Source: Raillietiella orientalis (Eukaryota). Taken from it: DNA of 64,000 nt. Shown piece by piece: positions 36,512-48,500 of this stretch. Both the position numbers and the translations under genes were made by a program. The stretch's first letter is position 1. Each line of letters begins with the position of its first letter. A model generated the notes under the pieces. The model worked only from the letters and a program-made list of their open reading frames with translations, searched no databases and was not told where the DNA came from. The stretch covers positions 1,488,001 to 1,552,000 of the forward strand of contig JAYWIR010000001.1 in the NCBI GenBank assembly GCA_036172245.1, read 5' to 3'.

Positions 36512-39500
36512 GTCCTCTGATACTGCGCAACGACAAGAGTGAGATATGTGCCCTGCTGTTCTTGGACGGAGTGATTGATATAGCGTTTGACAGAAAAGAT
36601 GGAAGTATAGGGGTAAGGATGCGCTTGAAGAATCTTTTAATGGTGTCAAGTTTCACCTTGAACGGCTAACAGTGAATTCTTTCACATCTGGTCACAAAAA
36701 AGCCTGGCCAAGCTTTTTTGTGTCAGATGCTGCGAAGTAAAGCAAAACTTTCTTTGAAACAAAGAAAGATGCTGCATGCATCTGAACGGAATCACTTTCT
36801 GAAAATTCTGTTAAACCTAACTAACACTCAACAAGGCATATCGATCGACTCTCACATTATCCTCATCGTCATATGTCCTGCATTCGAAAATGAATTCACA
36901 GAATCCTTATCAAGAAGTGTTCCTGTCAATTGGGACGTCGATCATTGTACTCGTACTTTGAGTGATTACAGTGCACATCCGGTGTGGTCATCTTTGGCTG
37001 GAAATCATCAGAATCAGAATTTTGAAAGTGTTGCCTTTATAGAATGTTGTTGATTGTATCGAGACACGGGTAGTCGAAACATAAAGAAAAATGAAATTAG
37101 GATAATGAAATAAAAGAAACCAAACTGTTGAATTTAACACGAATTTTTGCAATCAAATGAACAAATTGAGCGACGTTACAAAAGTAAAAAATACCGATAG
37201 TGTATGGTAAATGATGATGACGATGCGATATGGAATTTTGTTCGGAGTCCTTCACGATCGTATTCTTTTTCCCGTATTCTTCCCGGGAGAAGAATGTCAC
37301 GGACGGGAAGGACAGACACTTTCTGACCACTCAGTAGGTACATGGAATGAGTGGTCAACAACTTTGTCCACATCGTGTTTTTGAACACTCTCGTCTAAAT
37401 TCTCTCCTGCATGCTCCATAGGAGCGTTCCAGGAATAAAGGAGTGGGGAGTTCCCCCTCCTGCCGTGCAACGGAGAGCGGACCCCACTCGCCGGGGGACC
37501 CCTCCGCCGGGTTTCAAGAGCGTTCCCAATGGCGTCCAGGTCACGAACGTGATGTCCTTCGTTTCCTCCCTCCGCCCATTCCAAACTCGCAGAGTCACGC
37601 GCTCCCTTTTTCTCCCTTGCTGTGGAAGGGGATCGTGTCGCACCGTCATCAGTATGGTAGCCGATCGGTAAGTGCCACGCAATTTCTTCAGCTGATGAAT
37701 ACAAATTGCATGTTAAATTGCACTTTCACCTTCGTTCCTTCTTCGATTCCACGTAAAGCATCCAACTGGTGTTGAATAGTTGACGAATTTCCCTCCCCCC
37801 TCCGTCTTCAACGCGGGTGAAAAAAGTTGCTTTTGTCGAATGGCAGAAGACTTAAAATGTTGACCGTATCAATGTCAAAAGTTTCTTTCATCAAAGGTGA
37901 CCATACCGAATGTGCACTGTATATTTTATTGCTGCTAGATATGTGGGTGGGTGTTTTCCTTTGTACTAAATGTGCTTCTTTCTCTTTTGCTCAGACGACC
38001 AAGGTCCGAATACCCCATAAGGGTTCTGTTAGTGGACTGTGTGACAATAACTACATTGCCAAATACGTGACTGTTAGCTGGAGAACCTTCACGATGTCCT
38101 TTTATTTCGGACTGGTAAGGAATAGCATGGAACTTCTAATGCGATTCGTCCGTAACACGAAAGATACGCACTCAAAGATGAAGATCGTTGTACGCACGGC
38201 TCGTTGTCGATCCCTAAACGTTTCGTGTGGTTACGTTCCTAAGCTAGATTCCAGTTGCGTGGTCAGTGTCCGTCACCTGATCGTCTGAAGTGCAGCACTT
38301 TGAAACCACGAGTTACCAGGAGTGAACCCGTGGCCTGGACGCCCCGCGTAGACGATCGCCTCAAAGAGGAACGATTCGAAGGGAAAAGGCGTGAACATGG
38401 AGCGAAGGACCTCATTCGTTGCCATGGATGCGACGGACACACGGATGGGATGCAAAGCACCGGCTCGAAGTTTAGCGGAGCAACGCAAAGTTCCCCCCAA
38501 ACGGTTGTATACGTTGGGAGGAACTTTGCGTTGGCGCGTTTTTCTTAGAGCACGACCTGTTGCAGACTCAACGGAAACTCCATCACTAAATGTCAATACT
38601 CAGGGATTATCGAGCACCTCTGTAGTTGGTTTCCAACTCTCGAGCCGACTTGAAATTTGGCTGTGTACATAATGTGATGTATATCGGTCGTATTTGCGTC
38701 TTATTAGATACTTGCCTGCGTTGGCAGCCGTGTGGCCGCATAGAGCAAGTTACAGTTTTTCTACGAAATACTTTCCGTTAGAATTCCGTCTGCCCTGTAT
38801 GTGTGTATATGTATATGTTAGTATATGTATCGTGTATGAACACGTTGACCTGTACCTACATATTATACAGATAGATTTCGGAAGCCATACCGTCGATGTT
38901 GCCTTCGCGTGCGGCTGCGTGTTGGGTGCGCACAAACTGCGTGTTATCGAGAGAGCTAATTGAAAGTTGCTTTTCCTGATGGTCAGCAATTCTCCTGCGT
39001 GTATGAAGTAATATCGTGAGAGGCGCCCTACAAACTAAGAACTCCCAAAGCTCTTGACCTTACATCCGCTTTCTTCTGTACCTTTTTTTTTTTTTTTTTT
39101 AAAAAAAAAAAGGAAAGAATGTCATCAAACTTCTAGACTCAGAAAGTAGATGTCTCTGGAGATCACAATTGCCTTTCGTTTTCCACTAGAAAAATCGATC
39201 CAGCCTGCTCGCTCACTCGATGGTCCCTGCCGGTCGACCCCGAGGTGAGTTTCCTGCACTTTTCCTGCATGGCTGACAAGCTCGCTGTTTTTCCTCCTGT
39301 CCCCAATCATGGAAACGGGGCTCGCCGTTCCCGCTAGTGGTTTCCGCGCTCTCAGCCCCATTCTCCAGCCACCGTGGGTTTCTTTGGATGGCTCCATCTC
39401 GCCACGTTGCGCAGACGCGTGCAAATCCTTCTGCCTCTGCGTCATGCCGATCCGACTGGTTCTTTCTGGAGCCGTCAAAGGGAATTCGAAAAGTGATTCT

Positions 39501-42500
39501 TCCAGGCCCTCCTCCACAAGTGCAAGATGAACTCGCAGCCCTCGTCTTCCCCTCGCCCATTCATGCGGTTGCAAGGCAAAATGTGGAGCAGTCCGCAAGC
39601 AGCTGCAGCCCTTCGCGTCGATTCCGAATGCAAGCAGAACGTGTTGGTGTTCCAGCGTGATTCTGTGCTTACTATGCTGGTCTGCGTACGTGTGCCGAGG
39701 GGGCATAAGTACTGACGGCACTGGCTACTGACGGAGTTTCGTGTCATGAAGAATGTTGCGTGAGATGACACTTGGACGTATCCCGTCTTCTTGACATCGA
39801 TAGAGAATCCCGTAGACGCGTTGTTCTCTATTACTCTGGTTGCTGTTTAAGTTTCAAGCTTTCCGGCAGGTTTAATCACACGTACTGTCATGCAGTCTAA
39901 GCCAGGACACAATTGCAGTGTACGTTAGACTCCTTATTATAGCTAATTTCGTACATCTTAGGCAATGCTCACATCTTTTCAGATGCACTGCGTTTTCTAT
40001 GAATATGCAGCAAACGATCACTGGATGGTACGACGTACATAATTCAAGGCGCAGTGTTTATTGTATTATTACTAGAGATATAAATCATCAGTTATTCATC
40101 CATTTATTGATTTCGTGGCAATAATAATTTGTGAGCTCTCAACGTTACACAATATTGTGCAATGCTGGCAGCATTTGTTCTATGGCACATGTTCTGTTTG
40201 TTCTACTGTCAGTGCACTTCTACAAAATGAAATACAAGGAATCGCAGCCAATCTTTTCACTTTTTTCGTACTACTTTCGTGGAACAGGGTGCAATCACAG
40301 ACATGGGGAAGTTTTCCATTAGACGGTTTCTGTCACAAAAATGTTGATGGAATACTTCCGACGTCCGCGATGGTGTTTCAGCCATAAAGACACAACCGTC
40401 GACGTGTTTAAGTGCCATTGGGCACATAGCTTCTAATCGTGTTTGAGCTCCCTTAACAGCTGATAACTTGCGACGTTTAATTCTTGGCTGATAGGCATTT
40501 TAAGGTATAACTTGAGCGCGGGTGTAATTAGCGAGAGGCAGTTTTTCCTTCATGACGGTTTCCTTGGGTGCGTACGCGGTATGTGAATAATTGTTTATGC
40601 GGAACACTATTATTTATTGGACACATTACGATAATCACATTGGATCTTGCATCCAAATAAATGCCACCTCGGTACTCGTCGGTAATTCGTTCTGGAACTC
40701 ATGACGACTGCCGAAACCGCCGAGTACCGAACGAGTTCCTTTCCAGGCTTCGTGGTATCATTTTGAACCATTTTAGGACCCACGATGAGAGCTTGAAATG
40801 CACATGAAGTACAAAAAATAGGAACGATTCGGGAGACACATTCTATGGAAGTGTTCGGCACTGATCGCGAGCCACCACGAGAGAAAAGCGTTCACTCGTT
40901 TCACCATGAGTGGGGCGTCGAGTTCCGAGCATGCGCCGAGTGTCGAAGCTCTTCTTCTCGTTAAAGTGCGACGAGTACTGAGTTTGACGACTGAATTCCG
41001 ACGCCGTCGAGTACCGAGGCACCGCTGTACTTGAAAATCTCGAATGTGCACTCGCCTTTCCATTCCTCGCCATTCGTTCACAAACGCCCACTCCATTCAA
41101 GCGGAACGCCAAGCATCTGAGAGACTCCTGGACCGCTCGTGGATGATTCTTCGCACCATATCAGCACGTCACCCGGGATTTCAAAAGGTTGCTGTACGGA
41201 TGGCCCGTACGGATTTCCCGGGTAGAAAGGAGGGTCGGACCAACGAACTCAGAGGATGCTGGGTTTCCTTCCGTCTGGGCTGGATTGCGCTGTCACACGC
41301 GGAACTCCAATGCACCGCCCGAAGATGGAACAAGTGGTGGCCGCCGGCTTGCAACGACGGTGGTCTCTTGCGGTATACACTGCTGCCAGCGCCATTGGGG
41401 GCGGATGCATGCGGTCGCGGAGATTTCGTGATTCTTTTCCCGCCGCGCCCATTAGGACGAGAAGGCTCTTCTGCCACGAAGCAGCGTACCCGGAAGACGA
41501 TGAGAGGAAAACCATTTCCTGCGACGGCGCCCCCTCCGACTCCCACGAAACGGCTCTGGCATGCATGGAAGACACCGAGTTCTTCCTCTGGTCCTCTCCG
41601 ATCTGGGGGGGCTCCACTTTCGCCCGGAGGTGGCTCTGCCGACCTGACGTGCCTTTCGGCGGGGAGGTCACTTCGAAACATGCAGGAAGTCCGAACAGCG
41701 AACTTTTCTCCGTCTCGTCTTCCGTGCGCTGCGCCGTGCGTTCTTGCCTTCAGTGGCCCCCGCACCTCTCGTACGCCACCTGCCTGTGGTGCAAGAATCC
41801 TGGGTCGCTTCTTCTCCAAGATGCTCCTCATTACGTTGTACACGGCGGTCGTCTGTTCCTGGCTCACCCCTCTCGTCCCTTGTAATGTAAATCTCCTTCA
41901 GGTTGTCTGCATCGCCCGGTGGGTGCCCAAGCTGATGATTCCGCTAAGCATCGCGGCTGCACCGAATGCACGAGGCGGCCATCAGCTGCCTCGTTTTATT
42001 GCGGTGCACAGCCTAGGGGCTCCCATGTCGCGAACGTCTCCGTCGTCATTCGCATCACGACACCCAAGCGAGCCAACTAAAAGGGCACGGACCTTGGTTG
42101 GTCGTCCTTTCCGGTTCATCTGGTGGGCGACGTACTTTGGATTCTTTTTGTTGTCTGGTAACACTGGAGGTCGGCCATGCATCAAACGGACAGACTTGCT
42201 AGACGACTATCCTTCAGGATTACCAGGTCCGGACGTACAGGCTGGAATGCCTTTCCGAGGACACATCGCTTCGCTGAAATTATGCTTCATGCTGCCGTAG
42301 CGTGGATACGATGCACGGCGGAGTCTGCCTATCACGGGGTCGTATCTGGCAGTGTAGTGCCTCATGCAATTGGTTTAATATGTGGGGCGGAGTCTCATCC
42401 CACAGTCGACGTCTCAGACACGGGCGATCCGCCAGTTGTGGTCTTCTGGCCCCATATGAGGAGTCGAGCCGGACCGCGTGGTCTTCCTCCGAACGTGCTT

Positions 42501-45500
42501 CCGTAGTACTCGATCGCGCGTTCCCGGGCTCGGGCACGCGTACGCGCGCGAGTTGCGTGTCCTTTGCGCTCGTGCGATTGCGAGTGCGTAGCACCCGCTC
42601 CCGCGCAAATTCCGCACTGTGCAGGGCGCCAGCTTGCGCTCCGTCTGGTTCGACGGCGGGCGCCCGACGGCTCGGTGCGCGAATCCCTTCGCCGTTGCTT
42701 GGCAAATGCCACGCAGGTCCCGACGACGAATTGGCGGCCCAGGGAAGCCGAACCGAGGAATGCGTGCGATTCCCTGTCGCCTTGGTGCCCCGTGACCGGG
42801 CGGAGTCCGGGCGGCTGAAAACGGGAAGGAAATTTTCAGTCGGACCGGAGGAGCAGGTGCGGAACCGCCTCGAGCGCAGCGCGGTCTATCGTACGGAGCA
42901 GCGCGTGGAGGCTGCGTATCGGTAGCTGCAGAGATCGGACGCACGTGAGTTTTTCCCAGCCTTGGAAAAATCATCCCGACCTAAGGGACGGAACGTACCA
43001 GAGGTCCGTCGGAGAATAAACACGGAATTGGTGTTGTGCGAAAGTGCCCCTCTCACGGGAAGGGACAAAAAGTGGCTTCGATCCGCGAGACTCAGAGGAT
43101 ACTCTGCTCAATGACCACTTGTTGGTACCTTTCTTCTTCTTCTCCAAGAACCCGATCATTTTTCCTCTAGTTATTTTCTTGTTCTCGGTCGACAGAAAAC
43201 TAACCTTCTATCTGCTTCCCTTGAGAAAAGTAATCCACTTTCGTGTTTTCCTTCAATACCCCTGTGGTGGGGACAACGCGATGTGCCTTCACATTGTCCC
43301 TCATGTTGCAGCAAGAATTCTGCTGCGTAAAAAAAGTAAAAAAGAAAAGAGAAAACCGTACGAAAATGACCGCCCACTTGCGGAGCATCTGAACACTGCC
43401 AAGATGCGTTCAGCAGCGATTATGTGTTATTTGAAGGATGACCTGTCCCTAGCACCCGCTTTGGAGAACGTGAGCCTGCGGTCTTCGCGCGTGGGTTCGA
43501 ATCCCTTCCGGGAAAGAGTCGACGCCTAGATTGGCAGGTGTGTCGCGGGTTTCGAGTCCCTCCACCCCCGCAGGACGATGCTGGTTGGCCTCTGTTGCCT
43601 TCCGGTGCGACACTGGTTGATATCCGGTCACTCCAAGGCGTATTTATAAAATAAACATACACGTCTGTGGCAGGACGTTTGATCCTGCCACGTTACTTGT
43701 GGATACGAAAAGGAACCTGCCGGGATCTGGCACGCAGGCCAGCGGGGTCGCCTTAGCAGCACAAGGGAAGGGGAGACAAAACAAAAAGAAAAAAGAAACA
43801 AAAAACATGTACAAAAATTTGGGAAATAGATCGGGAAGGAATCACCGGATGCTGGAGGGTGTCCTCTGCATTCTTGTAAGGATGCCAGCAAGTTCCTGTT
43901 TTATGGTTCCCAGATGGGGACATCTTCACGCCATCCTCATGAAGAAGACAGCAAAGTAGATGGAATCCCTGTCGTTCTGACCTCCTCTGGCGTTGTTCCA
44001 TGCAGCCGCCGCGGTCCCACCGCGTGGGCAGCAAAGTGCTGCTGGGGATGCGGCCGGCATGAGGGCATCTCGCAGGAAGAGGCGCTTTAAAATGTCTCAG
44101 AGTTTGCAGCCGGGGATTGCGGCAAAGCGTCTCCAAAGGAGTCCGAAGGCAACACAGTCCACTAGGAGGTGCGGGAGGGATTCCCGCTCCCCCACCTTGC
44201 ACAGTTTGGGTCCACACATCCCCGTGTCCAATGATGGCAACAGGCTTTGCGCGGGAGGCCCCAGTGCAGCAACATCAACGCCGACCCCTGCCACTTCAAG
44301 GGGAAGGTACGGGTGTTCCTGAGCATCAGGGGCCACTGCAGCTCTTCCTCCGGAATACCCAGTAGCACGCCCCAGCGCAAAAGTTCATGAGGTCAAGCAC
44401 TCAGGGTCTCAGCGTCGGTGAGCTGGCCCGTCGTCCACTCGCTCAGTCCTCTTCTCCTTCCGGAGATTTCCACAGTAACCTCACATCTAGCCGTAAGGCT
44501 GCTGTCTATATGCTCCCTAAGGGAGGGCAGCACGGCAGCGAGGGAGGTTCTGCTTGTCCACTCACTCTTCATCGGATCTTCCAGGATCTCCCGGAGCGTG
44601 CAGTTGTTGTTGCGCGCGTACAGGGAACGTCTCATCTATTCCGCGCTTGGCTCCTGGCCACGTGCCCACGTGCAAACGGTTCCTTGTAGCCAGGCGCTAC
44701 CGTTCGAGAGGATGCAGCACTGGCGGAAGCTTGAAACCGGATACCCCTCTATGAAGACTGGAAGTGGAACCCTCCGGCGTAATTTCACGAATCAGAATCG
44801 AGGGATCGGCCTCCCTTCGGTTGTGCAAATAGAGTCGTCCCTCGTACCATGGAGTTGGTGGACGGATACTTTTCCAGACTGTGAAGAAGCTCTCTGCTCC
44901 GTCGGAAGGCGCCCTTAAGAGAAATCGGGAAGCGTCCCTTTGGGGTTCTCTTTGGAGGAGAAAAGAAGGAGCAGTTTTCTTGCGGGTTCCTTCCGTAGAA
45001 AAAATTCCAAGAGCGGATCCTTTCCGGGTCCCTTTCGGAGACAACCAGGACGAGGGTTCCCTCCTAGACCCTTCCTGGATTCTTGGCTTGTCCCTCCTCG
45101 GGGTACCCCCTAATGTGAAGAGTTGACACGCACCCCCGAGTGGCGTGGAATTGTGTCAAAGAGCTTCGTGAGCCTCCAGGTGAACGGTTCTTGAGTACTT
45201 AGCGGACTACGAACCAAAAAAAAAGGAAACCTGAAAAATGAAAAAAAAGCTGAAAGGAAAACGGCAAAAATAGGAAAGAACCCGAAAGGTCTTTCCATCA
45301 TCCTAGGTGCACTTGAACTGCGGTGTGCCTAAGAGGTTTCGTGCGTGTTTCTTCCGCCTCAGGCAGCCGATCCGTGTACACACTGTTTATCGTCTTCTGC
45401 ACTGAAAAGGTCAAGGAAAACTGCACGGATATCCACGTCAATGATGTTGTCGGACCAACCCCTCTGAGAGGAAGACTGGTGTCTAGCGATGCAGTGGCTT

Positions 45501-48500
45501 TGTACCTCTCGTAGGATGTCCCCAGGCATAGTGCGCAAGGTTCCACAGACGCGTTCCTCATTGCCTCTCCTCCCCCTAGACCTCAGACAGAAAACCCAAC
45601 ACTGTCAGTAGACCCGAACAGTCAAAAGACCCCCAGGCTCCCTTTATTTTGTGTGTGTGTTTTTTTGTTTTTACTGGCCCTAAAATGGGCCATTTTGCGT
45701 CGGCACTTGCTTTTGCTCCGACTTGAGCACTGCCGGTGCCCGTGGACCTTGGCTGACCATCCTTTTCGGTTCATCTGGTGGGAGACGTACTTTGGATTCT
45801 TTTTGTTGTGTGGTAACACTGAAGGCTGCCATGTTTCAAACGGACGGACGTCCGCCGATGCGACTTGCCAGCCGAGCTCTCTTCGGCATGACGGTCACAC
45901 CTGGCACGGATAGCGAGCAGATTCGTATCTTCAAAGAGGCCGACCGAGTGGGCTTCCTGCAGGGCCAGGGCTGCCAACAGAAGTTGATGGAACCCCTCTA
46001 GGTGGTCTTAGAAAACCAGAGATTCCCTCCTAAAATCTACAGATTTTAATACCTAGAAATTTATTTTTATTATTATTATTAAATCACTTGATGCCATGTA
46101 GTCTTCAGATTCGATAATACAAAAATGAAATGCTAGCAAGCTAACAAGTAATAATTGTTTATCACGTGACATTTATGTTACGAAGCCTTTGCTGAACGTT
46201 ACGTTTGTAAGGAGAGCACCGCAATGCCGCACTTATTACCGTTTTCCCACAATTTAAATGTCGAAATGTTGTAATAATTAGGCAGTCGTATTCTTCGACA
46301 ATCTTTATCAACTATGCAATAACTTATTCATGTGACCCCCACACCCACCAAGACGGAAACAGGGGCGGATAAAAGATCCGGAATTCTATTTAAGACTTTC
46401 TCCAACATCCATCATTGAAAATTTTCTTTGCAGCCACGAAAAGAAACCGTAAACTTCGGCGGCCCCAGCGATTATGAAAAAAACCGCCAGAATTCCCTCT
46501 CGGCATGATGAAACATTTTTTAGCCGCTAGATAGGTTCTCCAAAACTCCAGACATAGCGGGAAAAGAGCGAAATTGGCGACCCCGTGCCGGGCCAGCACT
46601 GTCAGCGAGGAGGCGTCGTTTCGGAAGACTCCTTCGGCCCCACGCCGCGCCGCGTCGTCCCCGAAGGACCGACCCTTTCCTCCAGCTGGGGAACCGCGCT
46701 GGAGGAAAGGGAAAAGCCGGCCTTCCTTCCCTTCAGCTCTCCCCCCTGCGTAACCACGGAAACGAGGTGGCGGCGGCGAGGCCGGGAGCACGGGCAAGCG
46801 GAGCGAACCTCTTGCCGCGTGTGGTTGGGTATGGGGAGGCGAGGCAAAAGAGCGGCGACTGAGACGGACTTTTCCCAGGGATGGTGGGACGGTCGTTCCC
46901 GTTCCTCTCTTGTCCACTTTCCTTTCCCGCTGGAGACGCTTCATCAGGGTCCTCTTTCCAGGACGAGGAAGACGAGCAGTGGTTCCTGAGGACCATTACC
47001 ATCACATACAACATGTCGGATCCCGCATTCAAGGGCAAGGGGGCTGGCGGTCGTGTGGAGCTGGACACATCCTTTGGTTACCAGCCCATCCTGAAGGCCC
47101 GCCTGGATAGGGCCTTCACATGCCCTCATTTCGGAGAGGTGCCCTTGGAGAACAAATACAGGGAGGCCGTGGCCACGCTCTTCCTCAACAATGTCACGCT
47201 GCAGCCCTTCGGGAACGGAGGCGAGTTTGCGCCCGGTATGTACCATAGCTTCCCCCCTTCCCTTCCTCCGTGGGCCCGTCGGTTCTTCTTTCACTCCAGC
47301 CGCTCCTCTTCATCCTTGGGGAGCGGAAGGGACCTCTTCCTCCCCACGTTCTCCCGCGGCAGCAGGAGCAGCTTCCGGATGGCACATCCGGCTGGTGGAA
47401 CGAGCGATTTCCGGGAGGAGTGGAAGAACGGCTTCTGGCAGTGGCCAAAGGCGAGATCGTTGCGCGTGCGCGCAAGCGGCGCCGTACCCGTCGGGTTCGC
47501 GCCTCTCCACGAACCCCTGCAGTTCCGAAAGTCGTCGGCAGAGGCTGCACCACTTGCGATGGGAAAGCGCGGGAATACGAGCGCCAGGAATGCAGATATT
47601 TCGTCCAGTACATTACATTGCGTTAGAAAAAAAAAATATGAATTTTACTTTATAACTTGCTACTGTACGCATGTGCCATTTATTCGTAGCTAATAATGTG
47701 ATTAAGTTTGCTCAAATGATAACCCTGGGTGGTATCATTTAATTTATCATGCTATGTATTAAGATTATTGTCCCTTCCGGTTGCGGAAATGGAGCTGCGC
47801 CATGGAGCTGGTTGATACCCCTCCCCAGGGGGGTTGCCTGTCCAGAGTGCACTCTGCTCCCTTGGGGATTGTCCTCAGAGGAGGAAACCAAGGAGCCGCT
47901 CCCTTGCTTCCTTGTCCGGGGAACCTCTATGGAGAGAATAAGGAAAAGAGGCTTCCTTTGAGGTTCCCTTGGAGACCAACCAGGGAGAGAATTTTCCCTT
48001 CGTTCCCTTTGGGGTTCCCTCCCAAGCGCAAGAGGAACGGACTCCTTCCTCCGGAGCCTTCCTGGACTTATTGGGTGGTCCCTCCGGGGTTGTGCTCTAA
48101 AACTTGAAGAGTCAAACGCACCCTTGGGTGGCGTGCACACCCCTTCCTTAAGGGACTCAAGAAAAGGCTGAAGAAACGCCGCCTCCTTAAAAGGCGTTTT
48201 CTTCAGCACGTGGAGGACTAAAAAACAGAAAAAAGAAAAAAAGCGGGGAAGGAAAGCAGCGAAACAGAAAGAATCTTCCTCCCTCATCCTAGGCCAATAG
48301 CGAGGATCATCATCATCCCAGTGAAGACTCGCTCATTCGGCGATCACCGCGACGTTTGCGAGTGAGGAGCTCTGCAAAGGCGATCAACGAGGGTCCCCTG
48401 GCCGGAAAAACGGAGGAACCGAGGAACCCGGGTGTGGCTGGGCGGTCTTGAGCGGCGCGGAGCTCTTCCGGTCGGAACCTCCTCGCTTGCCATTGCGCGT

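Noticed and set aside
41044..42300. 418-aa plus-strand ORF in the LAMP intron
   Set aside because: No domain similarity or codon bias; runs across MITE flank and pseudogene remnants.
42840..42925. Exon-like segment GPEEQVRNRLERSAVYRTEQRVEAAYR*
   Set aside because: Has an acceptor-like site but is not needed by, or homologous to, the LAMP model; no other support.
45770..45822. Resemblance to the U7 snRNA start (CAGTGTTAC), miR-200/141 seed or SNRNP27 peptide
   Set aside because: Matches are only 8-9 nt or a few residues; no U7 Sm site or miRNA hairpin.
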